A DNA stretch of 63,293 bases, the filler included, from Bonamia ostreae (lineage: Eukaryota), in assembly GCA_040357525.1 (NCBI GenBank). It is 28 parts of 28 records of this genome, joined end to end, with 100 filler letters (N's around TTAATTAATTAA, not from the genome) between each part and the next. Parts side by side here need not be neighbours in the genome. Positions count along the whole stretch, not along the records: positions 58,899 to 61,046 come from JBDODL010001016.1; positions 61,147 to 63,293 come from JBDODL010001017.1; 26 more parts are not named here. One strand, 5' to 3'. Within the stretch, counting starts at the first letter, position 1, and every line of letters starts with the position of its first letter. The notes beneath the pieces are model-generated. The model was not told the DNA's origin, made no database searches, and worked only from the letters and a program-made list of their open reading frames with translations. Shown here piece after piece: positions 59,616 to 63,293 of the stretch. Both the position numbers and the translations under genes were made by a program.

Positions 59616-61000
59616 ATGTCTGTAAATTTAAAACACTTCAATTTCACTCTTTCACACAGTTCAGCAGAGAACGAAAAACAGCGGAAAAATAAAATTGCAT
59701 CTGAAAGAAACAAAGAATTTCTAAAAGACCAAATAGACCTCAATTCCCCAAAAATTAGCGAATTCCAAAAAATGAGACTTGTTATCCAACATTTCGACAA
59801 TGTTAAACAATTTAAACCCGGTTATATCGGAAAAGAAGTTCTTATTATTTTTAGTAAAATTTTAGAAAATAACAATTGAAAAATAAAATTTGAAAAAAAG
59901 AGAAAAAAGAAATTGGAACAACTGATAAACGCCGCAACACAATTTTCCGATGACTACAATTTCCAATACCGTTTTTTGATCATCGCATTGCGCCTTTCTA
60001 TGCTAGAAAACAATCTCGCCGATCTCAATATTCTAAAACTCGTTTAAACAAAATTTTCATAAAAAGGCGGTAAAAGCGTTTAAAAAATTTAGCCACGAAG
60101 AAATCATTTTTAGCACAGCAATAGAATTACTGCATTCCCAAAGCAAAATTCTGAATTTACGTAAATACATTTTAATTGTAGGCGAAAATTGCGAGGACTA
60201 TTTTTTTAATTGCGTACTCGATTCCGTAACAAAGTACCCGCGGATCGACCAGCATCTTCTTTTGAAATGTTATGAAATCCTGATTGTTCTGTTCGATAGA
60301 AAATGTCTCGATTTGCCTGTGGATTCAAAATGGTGCAAATTTTACTTTTTGCGCACTTTTTCAATTTTTTTTAAGATTTTAATCATTTTTTTTTGAATTT
60401 CAAAAAATTGAAATTCGGCATTTTCGATTTGTTATTAAATATAACGTGTAAAGGTTGGTAGAAAACGGAACAAATTGTTTGATATTATCAAGGAATTGGG
60501 CAAAATCGACTAACCAGACCAACACTTATCACTTTATCCATTTTCTGCTAATCCTCTCTCGTCATAAACAATTTTTGCCATTTTTAAGCTCTAAGCTTAA
60601 ACTACTTTTAGACGGATTCGGCGACTTTCTTTTAGAAATCTTGAATCTGTTTGAAAACATGTTAAATGTTTCGGATCCAGGCGTTTTCCCCGAAAACTCG
60701 GATGAATTTTTAAAGGCGATGACTCACATTTTGCTGTTTCTTGTTATTTTAAATATTGTTGACGGATAAAAACGTGAAAATAGTTTTATTAAAATCGGCA
60801 ATTTTGAGATAAAAATTTCAAAAAAAAAGTTGCAATGCAAGCAGAGCTGAAATTTTTATCAAAACTATAACTCTTTTCCTGCGATGTTATCCTATTTTTA
60901 ACGAAAAGCTGACCGAAGAAAATTTCATTAAGCGATTAATTTCTATTGTTAAACTTCACTTCGACCGAAAGTTGATTTTGCCGGTTTTTAATCAAAATTT
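59616..61000 (+). CDS. Hypothetical multi-exon helical-repeat-like protein (end approximate)
   Basis: Leu-rich exons joined in frame by short introns (60042-60066, 25 nt; 60161-60181, 21 nt). No family recognised. Confidence 0.5.
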
Positions 61001-61562
61001 AAAATTGTCCTTTGGATAAAATAATCAAAATTTAAAATTGTCGTTTNNNNNNNNNNNNNNNNNNNNNNNNNNNNNNNNNNNNNNNNNNNNTTAATTAATT
61101 AANNNNNNNNNNNNNNNNNNNNNNNNNNNNNNNNNNNNNNNNNNNNTAATAACCAGAAAATCTTTCCGGTTTATTCAGAATCGAAACAGAGCACTGAGGA
61201 CATCTTAAAGCTTTAGATCTGCTGTTAGAGTTTCCCATGTAATAAATCTGTGTTTCTTATACCACGATACTATAAAAACAAACACTAACGTTCCGTCATA
61301 GAAATTTAAAGCTTTTCGGATATTATACAAAATTAAAGTTAACAAAATATAAAGTTGATCAATTCCGGAAATAACAAAATTAAACTGCAATTTTCAATTT
61401 TTCATTTGCGCCATTAACGTTGTAATATCGCAAACTATAAAAACAGTTTTTGTAAAAACAAAATAAAAAACGTTTCTTATATTACAATTTCAGATTATAA
61501 TAAAATCTATAATAAAATCTATAATAACAACTATATTAAAAACAAACCGAAAAATCTATAAA

Positions 61563-63293
61563 ATGTGCGTATGTCGATCTGAAGATGTGTTTTCGCGTGT
61601 TCAGAAATTCTTTGTGTTTCCTTCCAAATACGTCCCCCCTATTCTCGGAATTTGCTTTGGAATTGGTTTTGGATTTGTTTTCAGAAATCTCGGTATTCCA
61701 AGTTTTCTGCTTTTTATAAAATAAATGTCTATTCTTCTATATTTCTGGGCAAAACAACCTTAAAAATTTGCCAATTTGATTGACATAAGTAAAAAGAATA
61801 TTTGTATTTTGGACAAAATAATATTTAAAATTTAAAAGACGATGCTATAACTCTGATTCAATTGATTGGTGATCTGTACTTTAACGGATTGAAAGCAGTT
61901 ATGTTGTTATATCTGTTTGTCTCGATGGTACTCAATTCGATTAAAATTGCTTCAGAAAAAAATGCTTGTAGTCTCATGATCATTGTTTAACTTTTAAGCA
62001 TTAGTTTAATTGTAACAAAAACTTGTGACAATTTGTAACAACATTTAAAAACAAGTAAAACTAATTGTAGTAACAAGAAATATAAACAATTTTTGCTAAC
62101 AATAAAAGACTCTATTGTCATTCACAACTGGCACTATACTCACCAGCCTGATGGGAATTGGAGCGATGAAGGTAGTAGAACCATATATAACAAAAGCAGA
62201 TACTTCAAATATTCAATACAAACATGCTGAAAGTGACATTACCAAAACACTCGAACAACTTTTCAACAAATTTTTGCCTTCAAATTACGTCGCAGCAATG
62301 AGTCAAAACAATATTCCAGGGACCCTTGTTTTCGGAATGTGTTTTGGAATGTTTGCAGCCGGGGTCATCAAATCGAGAATGCAAAAAGATAAAAAAAACT
62401 ATATGCAAGACATTTTAGAGCTCACAGAGAAGTCTTTAATGCGAATTGTTGATTTTTTGATACTTGTAACAGCTGTTGGAGTGTTTTCTATTATTGCTAG
62501 TCAAACACTTTCTTTGAAAAACATCGATGTCCTTAGGAAATTGCTGATCTTTCTTATTCCTTATGTTATCTGTTTGTTGTTATAATATTTAAATTTTATG
62601 TTTCATATTATAAATTCATGAAGGCAACTTGTTATTGACATATGTACTCACGCCGCTTATATTTTGCTTTTCCCGGGGAAATAGATTCGCGGGCTTAAAA
62701 AAGTATGCTTATTCGACTTGTATTGGCTTCATAACTTCAAGTGGGGTTGCATCACTTAACCCGAATGCAAAGTTTTTAGTTAATCCCTTAAACCAATTAT
62801 CGTTGAATAAAGTTTGACCAAATGTTTATTAAAATTAGAGTTGTTGAAGAATTTGATGTGCCGGAAAATAAGTCTAAATTCCTTCTTACGTTGGCATTGA
62901 TGTTTGAAACTAACGGTTCGTGTTTGTACATTGTAATGCTGATGACATTTGTATCCAAAGTGTATGATATTCCATTTCCTTTACCAAAAAGACTTTTATT
63001 GGCGTTTATAATCAATTTTATTTGCTTGTCGTTACCTCCAATTCCGTATGGAACAGTTCTTTATTTTCCAATGGTCGGAAGCTTCTTTGACGTCAATATA
63101 CCACTTGAAATAATGTCGCTTTTGATAATGTGGGACATCGTTTTGGATCGTTTCGTTACAGTTTTTAAATCAGCACTTAAACCTGTTCAAAAACTAAATT
63201 CTGTTACCATTTTTAATCATGTGCATGACAAAAAAAGATGTCGAATATCGGTCCGGATGCTGGAGCAGTGATATTAGTACACAAACTTCACAT
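61563..63293 (+). CDS. Dicarboxylate/amino acid:cation symporter (DAACS/SLC1 family), divergent, multi-exon, runs off the window end
   Basis: GICFGIGFG, LIGDLYFNGLKAV, LPSNYVAAM..NNIPGTLVF, GFITSSGVASL (HP1), FETNGSCLY (TM7), WDIVLDRFVT|MSNIGPD (TM8, after intron 63161-63237). Confidence 0.88.

Noticed and set aside
2188-61146. Regularly spaced TTAATTAATTAA as a biological repeat or CRISPR-like array
   Set aside because: Always embedded in 44+44 N; it is a six-frame-stop concatenation linker. ORFs that run into these Ns have artificial ends.

Overview
This window is not one locus. It is 28 unrelated contigs of about 2.15-2.19 kb, sorted by decreasing length and joined by an artificial 100-nt linker (44 N + TTAATTAATTAA + 44 N), so gene neighbourhood across linkers is meaningless. 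At least three sources are mixed. (1) About 19 contigs come from a very AT-rich, gene-dense eukaryote with tiny spliceosomal introns (mostly 19-33 nt). They carry DNAJC9, IscA, tRNA-Gly, a catalytically dead secreted trypsin-like protein, two G-alpha subunits, ATR, Arp5, a PIP kinase, a TMEM87/GOST protein, myosin, RFC1, bL32m, PLRG1, nucleus-encoded uS4m, a formin, a TBC Rab-GAP, eIF5B, COX15, a BET protein, a DAACS transporter and decayed Tc1/LINE relics. By inference this is a reduced protist parasite with an aerobic mitochondrion, for example a haplosporid such as Bonamia. (2) About 7 contigs look like an invertebrate host (long introns, GTRAG-type donors): a TSP1+Gla protein, RING-like exons, a tyrosine-recombinase relic and a P2X7-ballast/KolX-like gene. 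(3) One prokaryotic, probably Bacteroidota-phage, contig has an ECF sigma factor followed by a tRNA-like minihelix. One further contig is a single intronless repeat-rich orphan ORF of unknown origin. The most notable signals are the unusual intron grammar (GTT donors, A-tract/AAG acceptors, lengths down to 19 nt, repeat-expanded long introns) and the armless tRNA-like element behind the sigma gene. All gene models were spliced by eye and need RNA-seq or homology confirmation; taxonomic assignments are inference only.
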